A stretch of 64,000 nucleotides of DNA, taken from positions 11,904,001 to 11,968,000 of the forward strand of contig NC_043025.1 in NCBI RefSeq assembly GCF_006345805.1, in the 5' to 3' direction. The notes under the pieces are model-generated. The model was not told where the DNA came from, made no database searches, and saw nothing but the letters and a program-made list of their open reading frames with translations. This document shows, in pieces, positions 48,051 to 62,391 of this stretch. The DNA is from Octopus sinensis (lineage: Eukaryota). Position numbers and translations under genes: made by a program. The first letter of the stretch is position 1. Every line of letters starts with the position of its first letter.

Positions 48051-50600
48051 TAAAAAAGGCGCCGAGCTGGCAGACACGTTAGCGCGCCGGACGAAATACT
48101 GAGAAGTATTTCGTCTGCCATTACGTTCTGAGTTCAAATTCCGCCGAGGTCGACCTTTGCCTTTCATCCTTTCGGGGTCGATAAATTAAGTACCAGTTAC
48201 GCACTGGGGTCGATGTAATTGACTTAATACCTATGTCTGTCCTTGTTTGTCCCCTCTATGTTTAGCCCCTTGTGGGTAGTAAAGAAATAGAAATAGGTAT
48301 TTCGTCTGTCGTTACGTTCTGAGTTCAAATTCCGCCGAGGTCGACTTTGCCTTTCATCCTTTCGGGGTCGATAAATTAAGTACCAGTTACGCACTGGGGT
48401 CGATGTAATTTCGGCCGGCTTGCTAACGTTTCTGCCAGCTCGCCGCCGCCTTGATTACATGGCAAATATTGCATCATCATTATGTACAATTAATTCGTCA
48501 GCATATTTGTTGATAAGGTTATCGTGTCTTTCATGCAGTAAGAACTTCTTATTGTTCCCTACCCTCACCCGTATATACTTATATTACCATCATCATCGTC
48601 GTCGTTTAACGTCCGCTTTCCATACTGGCATGGGTTAGACCAGTTGACTGAGGGCTGGCGAACCAGCTCACTGCCTTAAATATTCTTTTCTACTCTAGGT
48701 TCAAGACCCAAAATTTTGTGGGAGGAGGCCAGTCGATTAGAGCCACCCCAGTATGCAACAGGTACTTAATTTATCAATCCCGAAAGGATGAAAGGCAAAG
48801 TCGACCTCGGCAGAATTTGAACTCAGAACATAAAGACAGACAAAATACCACTAAGCATTTCTCCCTGTTTGCTAACATTTCTGATTTCTTTACTACTCAC
48901 AAGGGGCTAAACACAGAGGGGACAAACAAAGGGATTAAGTCGATTAGATCGATCCCAGTGCTTAACTGGTACTTAATTTATCGACTCCGAAAGGATGAAA
49001 AGCAAAGTCGACCTCGGCGGAATTTGAACTCAGAACGTAACGGCAGACGAAATACCGCTAAGCATTTCGCCCGGCGCGCTAACGTTTCTGTCAACTTGCT
49101 GCCTTCCAGTTCATCAATATTGACATCACAAACTACCGTTTTCGGTCACACACATCAGCTGCATACTTTTCCAGCAATTAAAGGTTCACATTAGCTGTTT
49201 GCAACCTATGTGCTGCAGAACTTTCTGAAGTGCACACAGCAATGGATCAACCATTAAGCAAAATAAGCAACATGCTTAGGGCATCAAGGGAAGGAAGGGG
49301 GTACCACAGAAATGGGAAATGGTTTAGGGCATTTTTATCAAAACCTTAATCTGGCCTTGAGTGCACACCTAACAAAAAATTACCATTGATTTTCTTTTTA
49401 GTAGCATGACCTGCCAGATAATAATAAGCTTTGTCTCATACAGCCTGCTTCTTGAAAAAGGTTACTCTGACCTGGTTTACATCAACTGATAAATACTGCA
49501 ATCACATGCATATTATCTATAATGGTAGTTATAGTTGCACTTGTCACTCTAGGTGCAGAGGTCGTCTGTGCAATCACACATATCTTCTGATATCTCTATT
49601 AACAGGCATAAGATTTACAAGAGAGAGTATCATTGGTCGTCCCACAAAAAGCATAGATAGCGTAGGAGTGGCTGTGTGGTAAGTAGCTTGCTTACCAACC
49701 ACATGGTTCCAGGTTCAGTCCCACGGCATGGCACTTTGGGTAAGTGTCTTTTGCTATAGCCTCGGACCGACCAAAGCCCTGTGAGTGGATTTGGTAGGCG
49801 GAAACTGAAAGAAGCCCACCGTATATATGTGTGTATATACTCTTTTATATAGGTCGACTTTGCCTTTCCTCCTTTCGGGGTCGATAAATTAAGTACCAGT
49901 TTCGCACTGGGGTCGATGTAATCGACTTAATCCCTTTGTCTGTCCTTGTTTGTCCCCTCTGTGTTTAGCCCCTTGTGGGTAGTAAAGAAATATATACTCT
50001 TTTACTTGTTTCAGTCATTTGACTGCCGCCATGCTGGAGCACCGCCTGTAGTCGGGCAAATCGACCCCAGGACTTATTCTTTGTAAGCCTAGTACTTATT
50101 CTATCGGTCTCTTTTGCCGAATCGCTAAGTAACGGGGACATAAACACACCAGCATCAGTTGTAAATCGATGTTGTGAGTGGGGGGACAAACATATACACA
50201 TTCACACATACATACATATATATGACGGGCTTCTTTCAGTTTCCATCTACCAAATCCACTCACAAGGCTTTGGTTGGCCCGAGGCTATAGCAAAAGACAC
50301 TTGTCCAAGGTGCCACGCAGTGGGACTGAACCCGAAACCATGTGGTTGGTAAGCAAGCTACTTACCACACAGCCACTCCTGCATATATACATATATACGA
50401 CGGGCTTCTTTCAGTTTCCGTCTGCCAGATCCACTCACAAGGCTTTGGTCGGCCCGAGGCTATAGCAGAAGACACTTGTCCAAGGTGCCACGCAATGGGA
50501 CTGAACCCGAAACCATGTGGTTGGTAAGCAAGCTACTTACCACACAGCCACTCCTACGCCTCGGAGGATTGCCCATCCTAAATATGGTGTTATTAAAAAC

Positions 50601-51023
50601 TGGGCGATCTTTCGTCTCTAGTAGACCTTTCCGTCGATTTCCGTAAAAATTTTTTTTTTTTTACATATGGGCTTGCGGGAACTTTTGAAGTAATATACAT
50701 ACATATACACATACACCGAGTAAAAAATTTCAGTTATCTCTCTCTTTCACACATTACTCTGTCTCTTCGCACACACTAACAGAAGCACTTCACTTACACA
50801 ACATACTGTCTGTCTCCCACACCCCATCAAACACACACACACACATGTACATCAATGCTTGCCATGCACGGTAATTTCAAAAGAACTTCCCTCGTCATAC
50901 AATCGCTTTCTCTTAGTCTCTTTCGCTCTCATTACTTCAAAAGTTCCCGCAAGCCCATATGTAAAAAAAATAATTTTTTACGGATATCGGCGGAAAGGTC
51001 TACTAGAGACGAAAGATTGCCCA
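50601..51023. mobile_element. Foldback element with about 93-bp inverted arms upstream of FN3K
   Basis: 50601-50694 is complementary to 50931-51023. Confidence 0.75.
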
Positions 51024-51099
51024 AAACTGGTAGGCCACTCCTATTTAATGTATTGAGTGCTACTTTCTTTCCATTCCCTCGCGTTTTTTTGTTGATGCG

Positions 51100-51388
51100 T
51101 AAATAAGAAGCAAAATCAGCTGATAAGAGCTAAACTAGGTGGCGGTGCTCTTCGAACGAAGTGTCTCGTGATTATTTCTTCCGCGCAGAGCTACCGACTC
51201 CGTCAGGTCAGACCCCGTCGCCAAATATACTCCCATGTCGTGAATAAGACTGTTGGGACAACTGCATCCCACGACATAATCGTTAACTTATATGCCGTAC
51301 AATAAATAACAACATCATCCACGTACAGTCAGAGACACGTAGACACACATATATACACCCGAGACACGTTCCAGTGAGATTGTCAAAG
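51100..51388 (+). promoter_or_regulatory. Candidate FN3K promoter/5' UTR
   Basis: CpG-rich unique sequence directly upstream of the ATG. Confidence 0.45.
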
Positions 51389-51529
51389 ATGGAAGAAGTC
51401 GTGAAGACAGAGTTGGGTTGCACCATGGTGAAGAAGGTCGGTAGCAGTGCCGGCGGGTATATCTGCGGAGGAAACATCTTTGAGACGGACAAAGGAAAGA
51501 TCTATGTGAAGTTTAGCAACGATTCTACG
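51389..51529 (+). CDS. FN3K: FN3K exon 1 ([10 protein letters not shown]...[11 protein letters not shown])
   Basis: ATG in AAGATGG context, donor GTAAGT, 47 codons. Confidence 0.92.
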
Positions 51530-54178
51530 GTAAGTAATTCAGTTTTGGTACTACCAGCGAACGGGGAGTCCCGGTGCGCGCACTTGCGCATCCGCGCTAG
51601 CTAGACGTAAGTAATCGATCCTACAACGACTTTTTAACCCTAATTTTAAAAATTGTTTATAAAAATAATTTATTTACTTAGTTTAAAAAATTATTTACTT
51701 TGTTCGAAAAATATTATTTAATTTTCTTTGATATGTATTCAGCCTTGGCATCTTTTCGGTTTGATGGCAGTTTTTTCTAGCGGTGTCATATCAAATTGTC
51801 ACCCATAATTATAACCCTCGTATCGATCTATTGCATTTCAATCTGTTTTAGGGTTACGGTTAGGGTTAGGGGTGGAGGGAAGGGTATCTTTTTTCTTCAC
51901 AAATGTAAATAAACCGAATCTGTTTCTTAAACGAGGGACATATTCATACGGCACAGGATGTTTTTACCTCAATAGACGTCACTGATTGGTTGAAATTGCA
52001 TCAAAATTCAAATAGATATGGAGAATTAAGATTTATATTTTTGTATCTATTTCAGGCAATGCATATGTTTGAGGGTGAAATGGCCAGTTTGGAATCAATA
52101 CTTCACACCAAAGCTGTGAGAATTCCAAAACCATACAAGGTATGTTGTTGTTGTTGATGTTGCCACCGCCAGTTGCTGTTGGTGGTGGTGGTGGTTGCTG
52201 TTGTTGTTTGTGGTGGTGGTTGTTATTGCACTAAGTGCTGCTGGCTTAATTACTCACGACTCAAGGTAGAGAAGGTATACGTATTATACACAAGGTTTAG
52301 GTTTTTCAGAGGTACAGCCCCCCTAAAAATCCCCTGCGTATTATACACAAGGTTTAGGTTTTTCAGAGGTACAGCCCCCCTAAAAATCCCCTGCGTATTA
52401 TACACAAGGTTTAGGTTTTTCATAGGTACAGCCCCCCTAAAAATCCCCTGCGTATTATACACAAGGTTTAGGTTTTTCAGGAGGTACAGCCCCTAAAAAT
52501 CCCCTGCGTGTTATACTCAAGGGCAGACTTTACTCGAGGATTTATGGTATGCCTACCTTGTGGAAAGTTGTGGGCGTTGTCACATCGTGCTTATTATGCC
52601 ATCGTAATTCAAGAATGCTTCCACATTTTCTTCTCTGAGTGCCGCCTGGTTTCTCCAGTTTGGGAAACTTTGGCACATTTTCCCTGTTTTACTTGAGAGT
52701 TCCACAAATGTGATTTACATACCATACCTGTCCTCTAGTGGAGGCACATGGCCTAGTGGTTAGAGCAGCGGTCGAGGGATCGCGGGTTCGAATCTCAGAC
52801 CGGGTGATGTGTGTGTTTATGAGCGAAACACCTAAGCTCCACACGGCTCCGGCAGAAGGTAATGGCGAACTTCTGCTGACTCTTTCGCCACAACTTTCTC
52901 TCACTCTTTCCTCCTGCATCTTGCAGCTCAACTGCGACGGACCAGCATCCCGTCCAGGTGGGGAACCTATACGCCAAGGAAACCACGAAACCGGCCCTTA
53001 TAAGCCTGGCATGGCTCAAGAAGGAACATTGTGAAGGCACATGGCTTAGTCGTTAGAGCAGCGGACTCGCGGTCGAGGGATCGTGGGTTCGAATCTCAGA
53101 CCAGGTGATGTGTGTGTTTATGAGCTAAAACACCTAAGCTCCACGCGGCTCCGGCAGAAGGTAATGGCGAACTTCTGCTGACTCTTTCGCCTCAACTTTC
53201 TCTCACTCTTTCCTCCTGCATCTTGCAGCTCACCTGCGACGGACCGGCGTCCCGTCCAGGTGGGGAACCTATACGCCAAGGAAGCCGGGAAACCGGCCCT
53301 TATGAGCCTGGCATGGCTCGAGAATACAAAAAAACTTTCTCTCACTCTTTCCTCCTGCATCTAGCGGCTCACCTGTGATGGACCGGCGTCCCGTCCAGGT
53401 GGGGAACCTATACGCCAAGTAAACTGGGAAACCGGCCCTTATGAGCCAAGCCTGGCTAGAGAAGGAACACACCTGTCCTTTGCAGAAGAAAGCATGCTGT
53501 GTCAATAAACAACACCTGTCCTTAAAAGGTTAACCATACAGCCAAAAACTGCTACTGAATATGGAAAATATTAAACCATGCAATTTCTCTGTCTTTTGTG
53601 ATTTCTAATCCAGGTATTTAAGCTACCTGGAGATGGTGCAGCCTTAGCCATGGAGTATGTCGACCTGAAAAGAGGATTATCTACTTTTGCAGCTCAACTA
53701 GGCCAGCAGATGGCAGCGTAAGTATCATTAAATATGTTCTTCTCTGTGTCTCTCCCATGAAGCTGACAATCACACTAAGTGCAAGAGTGGCTTTTGTGCT
53801 ATGAAGCTTGCTTACTAACCACATGGCTCCGGGGGTTCAATCCCACTGCATGGCACCTTGGGCAAGTGTCTTCTACCATAGCCCTGGGATAACTGATGCC
53901 TTATACTCTTTTACTCTTTTACCTGTTTCAGTCATTTGACTGCGGCCATGCTGGAGCACCGCCTTTAGTCGAGCAACTCGACCCCGGGACTTATTCGTTT
54001 GTAAGCACAGTACTTATTCTGTCGGTCTCTTTTGCTGAACCGCTAAGTAACGGGAACGTAAACACACCAGCATCGGTTGTCAAACGATGTTTGGGGGACA
54101 AACACAGACACACAAACACACACACGCATACATATATATATATATACCATACACTATATATATATAATTATATACATA

Positions 54179-54250
<72 letters not shown>

Positions 54251-54255
54251 CATAC

Positions 54256-54307
<52 letters not shown>

Positions 54308-54345
54308 CACATATATATATATATATATTATATATATATATACAT

Positions 54346-54386
<41 letters not shown>

Positions 54387-54420
54387 CACATATATTATTA
54401 TATATATATATATATATACT

Positions 54421-54459
<39 letters not shown>

Positions 54460-54528
54460 CACATATATATATATATATAATATATATCATACACACACAT
54501 ATAATATATATATTATATATTATACATA

Positions 54529-54559
<31 letters not shown>

Positions 54560-55273
54560 ACACATCATCATCATCATCATCATTTAGCGTCCGTTTTCCA
54601 TGCTAGCATGGGTTGGACGGTTCTACTGGGGTCTGTGAAGCCAGAAGGCTTCATCAGCCCAGTCAAATCTGGCAGTGTTTCTACGGCTGGATGCCCTTCC
54701 TAACGCCAACCACTCCGTGAGTGTAGTGGGTGCTTTTTACGTGCCACCCGCACTGGTGCCAGACAGAGCGGCAAACGGCCACGAACGGATGGTGCTTTTT
54801 ATGTGCCACACCGGCACGAGGGCCAGGCGAGGCTGGCAACGGACACGAAACGGGGCGGTGCTGGCAACGGTCGCGAAACGGAAAGTTCTCTACATGCCAC
54901 CGGCACTGGTAACACATCTGCAATTTCCATTGATCGATTTCCATTGATCGATTTCGATTCTGATCCTCACTTGCCTCAATGGGTCTTCACAAGCAGAGTT
55001 TCGACATGCCACCGGCACTGGTAGCACATCCGCAATTTCCATGGATCGATTTCGATTCTGATCCTCACTTGCCTCAACACGTCTTCACAGTAGAGTTTTG
55101 TGTCCCAAGAAGGGAAGGTATGCATACGTAGGCTGGCTCCATCCCATGTAGAAGGCCACATTATATATATATATATATATACATACACAATATATATATA
55201 TATATATATATATACATAACACATATAATATATATATATATACATACACATATATATATATATATATATACAT

Positions 55274-55310
<37 letters not shown>

Positions 55311-55496
55311 CACATATATATATAATATATATATACATACACATAATATATATATATATATATATATACATACTATATATATATATATATATATACATAC
55401 ACATATATATATATATATACATACACCGATATATATATATATATATATATACATACCCATATATACATTATATATATATATTATATATACATACAC

Positions 55497-55530
<34 letters not shown>

Positions 55531-55532
55531 AT

Positions 55533-55596
<64 letters not shown>

Positions 55597-55709
55597 TATA
55601 TATTATATATACATACACACATATATATATATATTATATATACATACACACAATATATATATATATATATATAACATACACACATATATATATATATATA
55701 TATATACAT

Positions 55710-55784
<75 letters not shown>

Positions 55785-55820
55785 CACATATATAATATAT
55801 ATATATACTCATACACATAT

Positions 55821-55851
<31 letters not shown>

Positions 55852-58800
55852 CTACATACACATATATATATATATACATATATACAACGGGCTTCTTTCA
55901 GTTTCCGTCTACCAAATCCACTCACAAGGCTTTGGTCGACCCGAGGCTATAGTAGAAGACACTTGCCCAAGGTCCCACACAGTGGGACTGAACCCGGAAC
56001 CATGTGGTTGGTAAGCAAGCTACTTACCACACAGCCATTCCTGCGCCTATGTTATGAGTGGGTTTGGTAGACAGAAACTGTACAGAAGCCCCTCACATAC
56101 ACACACACATATATATATATATTCTTTCATTCTTTTACATGTTTCAGTCATTTGACTGTGGCCATGCTGGAGCACCGCCTTAATGGGGTTTTAGTAAAAG
56201 ACATCAACCCCTGGACTTATTCTATCACCTACCTCCATCTCTCCTTCCAGAGGAGGAGGCAGGGCTCTTCTACAACCAGCTGCTTCTTATCACACAGCCA
56301 CGCCTGCACCTACTAATAACACCCCATTACGGTTCTCATAAGGGTCACTTTGTTTATTCTATTAGGGTGCACAAACGCAACAAAGACTTATACACAAAAG
56401 AGAAGAAGGAGAGCAACAGGCTCCATGGTCACAGTGATGGTGGTGATGATGATGATGATGGCAAAGCACAATACCAGCCTCAGTTTGGCTTCCATGTGGA
56501 AACATGTTGTGGTAGAATCCCTCAACCCAATGAATGGAAGGACAGTTGGCCAGTAAGTTCAGTTCTTCTTTGCCACCTTCAACAGATTTTTTACATCTGG
56601 TTCCCAGTTCTTGGGGTACGGCCAGCTGGGGCACTGCTCTTTTTTTATGAGTTGATTTTACTACACCTCCTGCCATAATATACACGCACACACACATGCA
56701 CAAATGCACACACACGCTCACACTGTAGTACATTAATTACATCGTCGTCATCATAATCATCAGTGTCTTGTCATCATCAGCGTGTCATCATCATCATCAC
56801 TATTGTCATCATCATCATCATCATCAACATCTTTTAACATCCGTTTCTCATGCTGGCATGGGTTGGATGTGAATGCGCATGGCTCAGTGGGTAGAGCGTC
56901 AAGCCTACGATCGTGAGGTTGTGAGTTCGAATCCCGGACCGGAGGTTGCATGTTGTGTTCTTGAGCAAGACGCTTTATTTCACGTTTGCTCCATTTCACT
57001 CAGCTGAAGAAATGAGTTGCGACGTCACAGGTGCCAAGCTGTATCGGCCCCTTTGCCTTTCCCTTGGATAACATCAGTGGTGTGGAGAGGAGAGGCCAGT
57101 ATGCACGGGCGACTGCTGGCCTTCCATAAAACAACCTATTTCTTTACCACCCATAAGGGGCTAAATACAGAGGGGACAAACAAGGACAGACACACGGATT
57201 AAGTCGATTACATCGACCCCAGTGCGTAACTGGTACTTATTTAATCGACCCCGAAAGTATGAAAGGCAAAGTCAACCTCGGCGGAATTTGAACTCAGAAC
57301 GTAACGGCATACGAAATACCGCTAAGCATTTCGCCTGGCGTGCTAACGTTTCTGCCAGCTCGCCGCCTTGCTACGACTGCACCTATAATCTATGTTAAGT
57401 ATATGTTAAATGCACCTGTTTTCTTCATTTCTTTGTTCCAGGAACTCTATGCGGCCAAAATTGATAGTCAAGTCACCCACTTGGAAGAAAACGTAAGTCA
57501 GAACTGGTGTTTATATGACTTTCTTTCGTCTTCACATTCAGAGAGAAAATACCTTCTACTGTACACTAATCTGTATAATAATCTGCTTATTCATTCACTC
57601 ACTCGTTATGCTTTAATTGGTTAGAGAGGTGGAGGTGGAGTAAAAGTGAGAGAGAGAGTGTTTAGTTGCAAAGAAATTATTTTAAAAATCTGCCGGTCAA
57701 AGCGAAAAGATCCTAAGTAACATGAACAATTTCATATGACACTGGAAATTATTGTTGTTGACAACGCTCCGGAGAAATTGTATTCACCTCAATAGACGTC
57801 ATTGATTGGTTGAAATTGCAGAAATTGAAGAAAAACAACAACAAATATCTTACAAGCTACAGAATTTTCTCAAGAAAGCCAAGAGAAAAAGATGTTTTAT
57901 TTCGACACATTCTACCAGTATGAAGTTTAAAAGGGTTTAGTTACAAAGAAATTATTTTAAAAATCTGCCAGTCAAAGCGAAAAGATCCTAATATACCAAT
58001 CTATGTTTGTCTTTTCTTCTCTCAAAAGTTGGCAAAAAGTAGCATAGCCTCTTGCTCTTGTCGTTAAGTGGTATTACACTTAATTGCTCCTTGTTTGTCT
58101 GTAATTGCCTCAAGTGGGTCTCTGCATAATACTCCTCTTGTTACATAGATTACATCTCTACACTCCAACTGTCCTCTATATTTTCTCTTGTCTACATATT
58201 ATTCGTTATAATACATACATCGGTGGCGTAACGGTTAGCATGGTTGCCTTCCAAGCAGTCGATCCGGGTTCGACTCCCGACCGACGCAGGCGATAGTTTA
58301 CTACACTCTCAGAGGGGTTGGCGTTAGGAAAGGCATCCAGCTGTAGAAACCCTGGCAGATCAAGATTGGAGCTTGGTGCAGCCATCTGGTTCCCCAGCCC
58401 TCAGTCAAAATCGTCCAACCCATGCTAGCATGGAAAGCGGGCCTTAAACGATGATGATGATATATATATATATATATACACATACATGCCTGTATATATG
58501 TATATAAATATATATACACATACACGCATGTATATATATATATATATATATACACACTACACGCATGTATATATATATATATATGTATGTATATATAAGT
58601 ATATGAAAGAATGGAGTTGAACGACTTGTTAACAAATATCCTTTATTCTCGACATATGTTTCGAAGGCTGCATATTTCTAATTCCGAAGGAATAAGGAGT
58701 ACATTATGCAGATTTCTCATCAGCAAAATCAAGGAACTTATGTCGACATCAAAATGCACAAAAAACTTTTAGCTGACCGCTCTCAAGGAGACACGTAGTC

Positions 58801-59904
58801 TATGCCCTAGGGACGTAGCTTCAACCGTGTTCTTTCTGATGTGAATTTGCTACCCAGGTATCGGTTATCTTTCGAATTATCCTTAATAAGATAATTCACT
58901 CAGCTACTCAAATATATGTATATATATGTATGTATATATATATGTATGTATATACATACATACACTCACACACACATACATATATACACATGCATATACA
59001 CATACACACATAATGGCCAGACTCCTCTCTTGGCCATTAATCTCAAATTAGTCTGTGTCAACATCAACTTTGCTCCCTATCTTGATAAACTTTGTCACCA
59101 GGGGAGGACTTATTTATTTACACACTAAATTTGAGGGGCCGGGATGATACATGATTATTTCTCTTCCAGTTTCGGAATCATGAAGTCCGAGGACTCTGGG
59201 ACCAGTTATTGAGGAAATACTCCACATTCTTTGAGGACCTTCCTGATATTCACCCAGCTCTACTTCATGGGGATCTATGGAGTGGCAATGTATCAGAGAA
59301 TGACGAGGGACCTGGTGAGTATATTTTAGGGTTGTCCGGAAAGTTTGTGCCGATTTTTAAGGGAAAGAAAAAGGTCAATAAGTACTTGCTATTATATTTT
59401 TAATCAACCAAATATGAACCATTTTCTTGCACAATGCGTCTCCATCTTTCCTTTAACTTGAAAAAGTTGCAAGTTCAGTCCCACTACGTGGCACCTTGGG
59501 CAAGTGTCTTCTACTGTAGCCTCGGGCCGACCAATGCCTTGTGAGTGGATCTGGTAGGTGAAAACTGAAAGAAGCCAGTCCTATATATACATACACGTAC
59601 ATATACATACATATATATATACACATACATATATATATATATATATATACACATACATATATATATATATATATACACATACATATATATATATATATAT
59701 ATACATACACATACATATATATATATATATATATACACATACATATATATATATATACATACACATACATATATATATTATATATATAACATACATATAT
59801 ATTATATATATATACCATACATATATATATATATATATATACACATACATATATATATATATATATATACACACATACATATATATATATTATACACATA
59901 CATA

Positions 59905-59936
<32 letters not shown>

Positions 59937-60007
59937 ATATATATATATATATATACACACATACATATATATATATATATACACTACATATATATATATA
60001 TATATAT

Positions 60008-60042
<35 letters not shown>

Positions 60043-60725
60043 CCATACATATATTATATATATATATATATATACACATACATATATATACATATATATA
60101 CACATACATATATATACATATATATATATACACATAATATATATACATTATATATACACATACATATATATACATATATATATACACATACATATATATA
60201 CATAATATATACCACATACATATATATAATACATATATATATACACATACATATATATACATATATATATATACACATACATATATATACATACACATAC
60301 ATAATATACATATAATATACACATACATATATATACATATATATACACATACATATATATATACATCATATATACACATACATATATATATATATATATA
60401 CAACATACATATATATATATATACACATACATATATATATATATACCATACATATATATATATATATACACATACATATATATATATATACACCTACATA
60501 TATATATATATTATACCCATACATATATACACATACATATTATATAATATATACACATACATATATACACATACATATATTATATATATATACACATACA
60601 TATATACACATACATATATATATATATATATATACACATACATATATACACATACATATATATATATATATATACACATACATATATATACACATACATA
60701 TATATATATTAACACATACATATAT

Positions 60726-60768
<43 letters not shown>

Positions 60769-60889
60769 CATATATACACATACATATATATATATACACA
60801 TATATATATACACATACATATATACACATACATATATATATACCATACTATATACACATACATATATATATACACATACATATATACAC

Positions 60890-60956
<67 letters not shown>

Positions 60957-61621
60957 ACATACATATATATATATATATACACATACATATATATATATAT
61001 ACACATACATATATATATATATATACACATACATATATATATATATACACATACATATATATATATATACCATACATATATATATATATATACACATACA
61101 TATATATATATATATACACATACATATATATATATATATACACATACATATATATATATATATATACACATACATATATATATATATATATATACACATA
61201 CATATATATATATATATATACACATACATATATATATATATACACACATACATATATATATATATACACATACATATATATATATATATACACACATACA
61301 TATATATATATATATACACACATACATATATATATATATATACACATACATATATATATATATATACACATACATATATATATATATATACACATACATA
61401 TATATATAATATATATATACACATATATATATATTATATATATATACACATACACATATATTATATACATACATATATATATACACACATACATATATAT
61501 ATATACACATACATATATATATATACACACACATACATATATATATATATACACACATACATATATATATATATATACACATACATATATATATATATAA
61601 CACATACATATATATATATAT

Positions 61622-61654
<33 letters not shown>

Positions 61655-61862
61655 CACATACATATATATACACATACATATATATATATATACACACACA
61701 CATATATATATATACACCATATATATATAATATATACAATACATATATATATATATACACACATATATATATATATATACACATACATATATATATATAA
61801 TATATATACACATACATATATATTATATATATATATACACATACATATATATATATATATAT

Positions 61863-61893
<31 letters not shown>

Positions 61894-62094
61894 CACATAC
61901 ATATATATATATATATATATACACATACATATATATATATATATATATACACATACATATATATATATATATATACACACATATATATAATATATAATAT
62001 ATATATATATACAACATACATATATATATATATATATATACACATACATATATATATATATATATATACACATCATATATATATATACACATAC

Positions 62095-62130
<36 letters not shown>

Positions 62131-62157
62131 CACATACATATATATATATATATATAT

Positions 62158-62189
<32 letters not shown>

Positions 62190-62359
62190 ACATACATACA
62201 TATATATATATATATTATACACATACATACATATATATATATATACACATACATACATATATATATATATACCATACATCATATATATATATATATATAC
62301 ACATACATACATATATATATATATATATACACATACATACATATATATATATAATATAT

Positions 62360-62391
<32 letters not shown>

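Noticed and set aside
52279-52510. 57-bp repeat as a CRISPR array
   Set aside because: Units are contiguous and near-identical, with no spacers.
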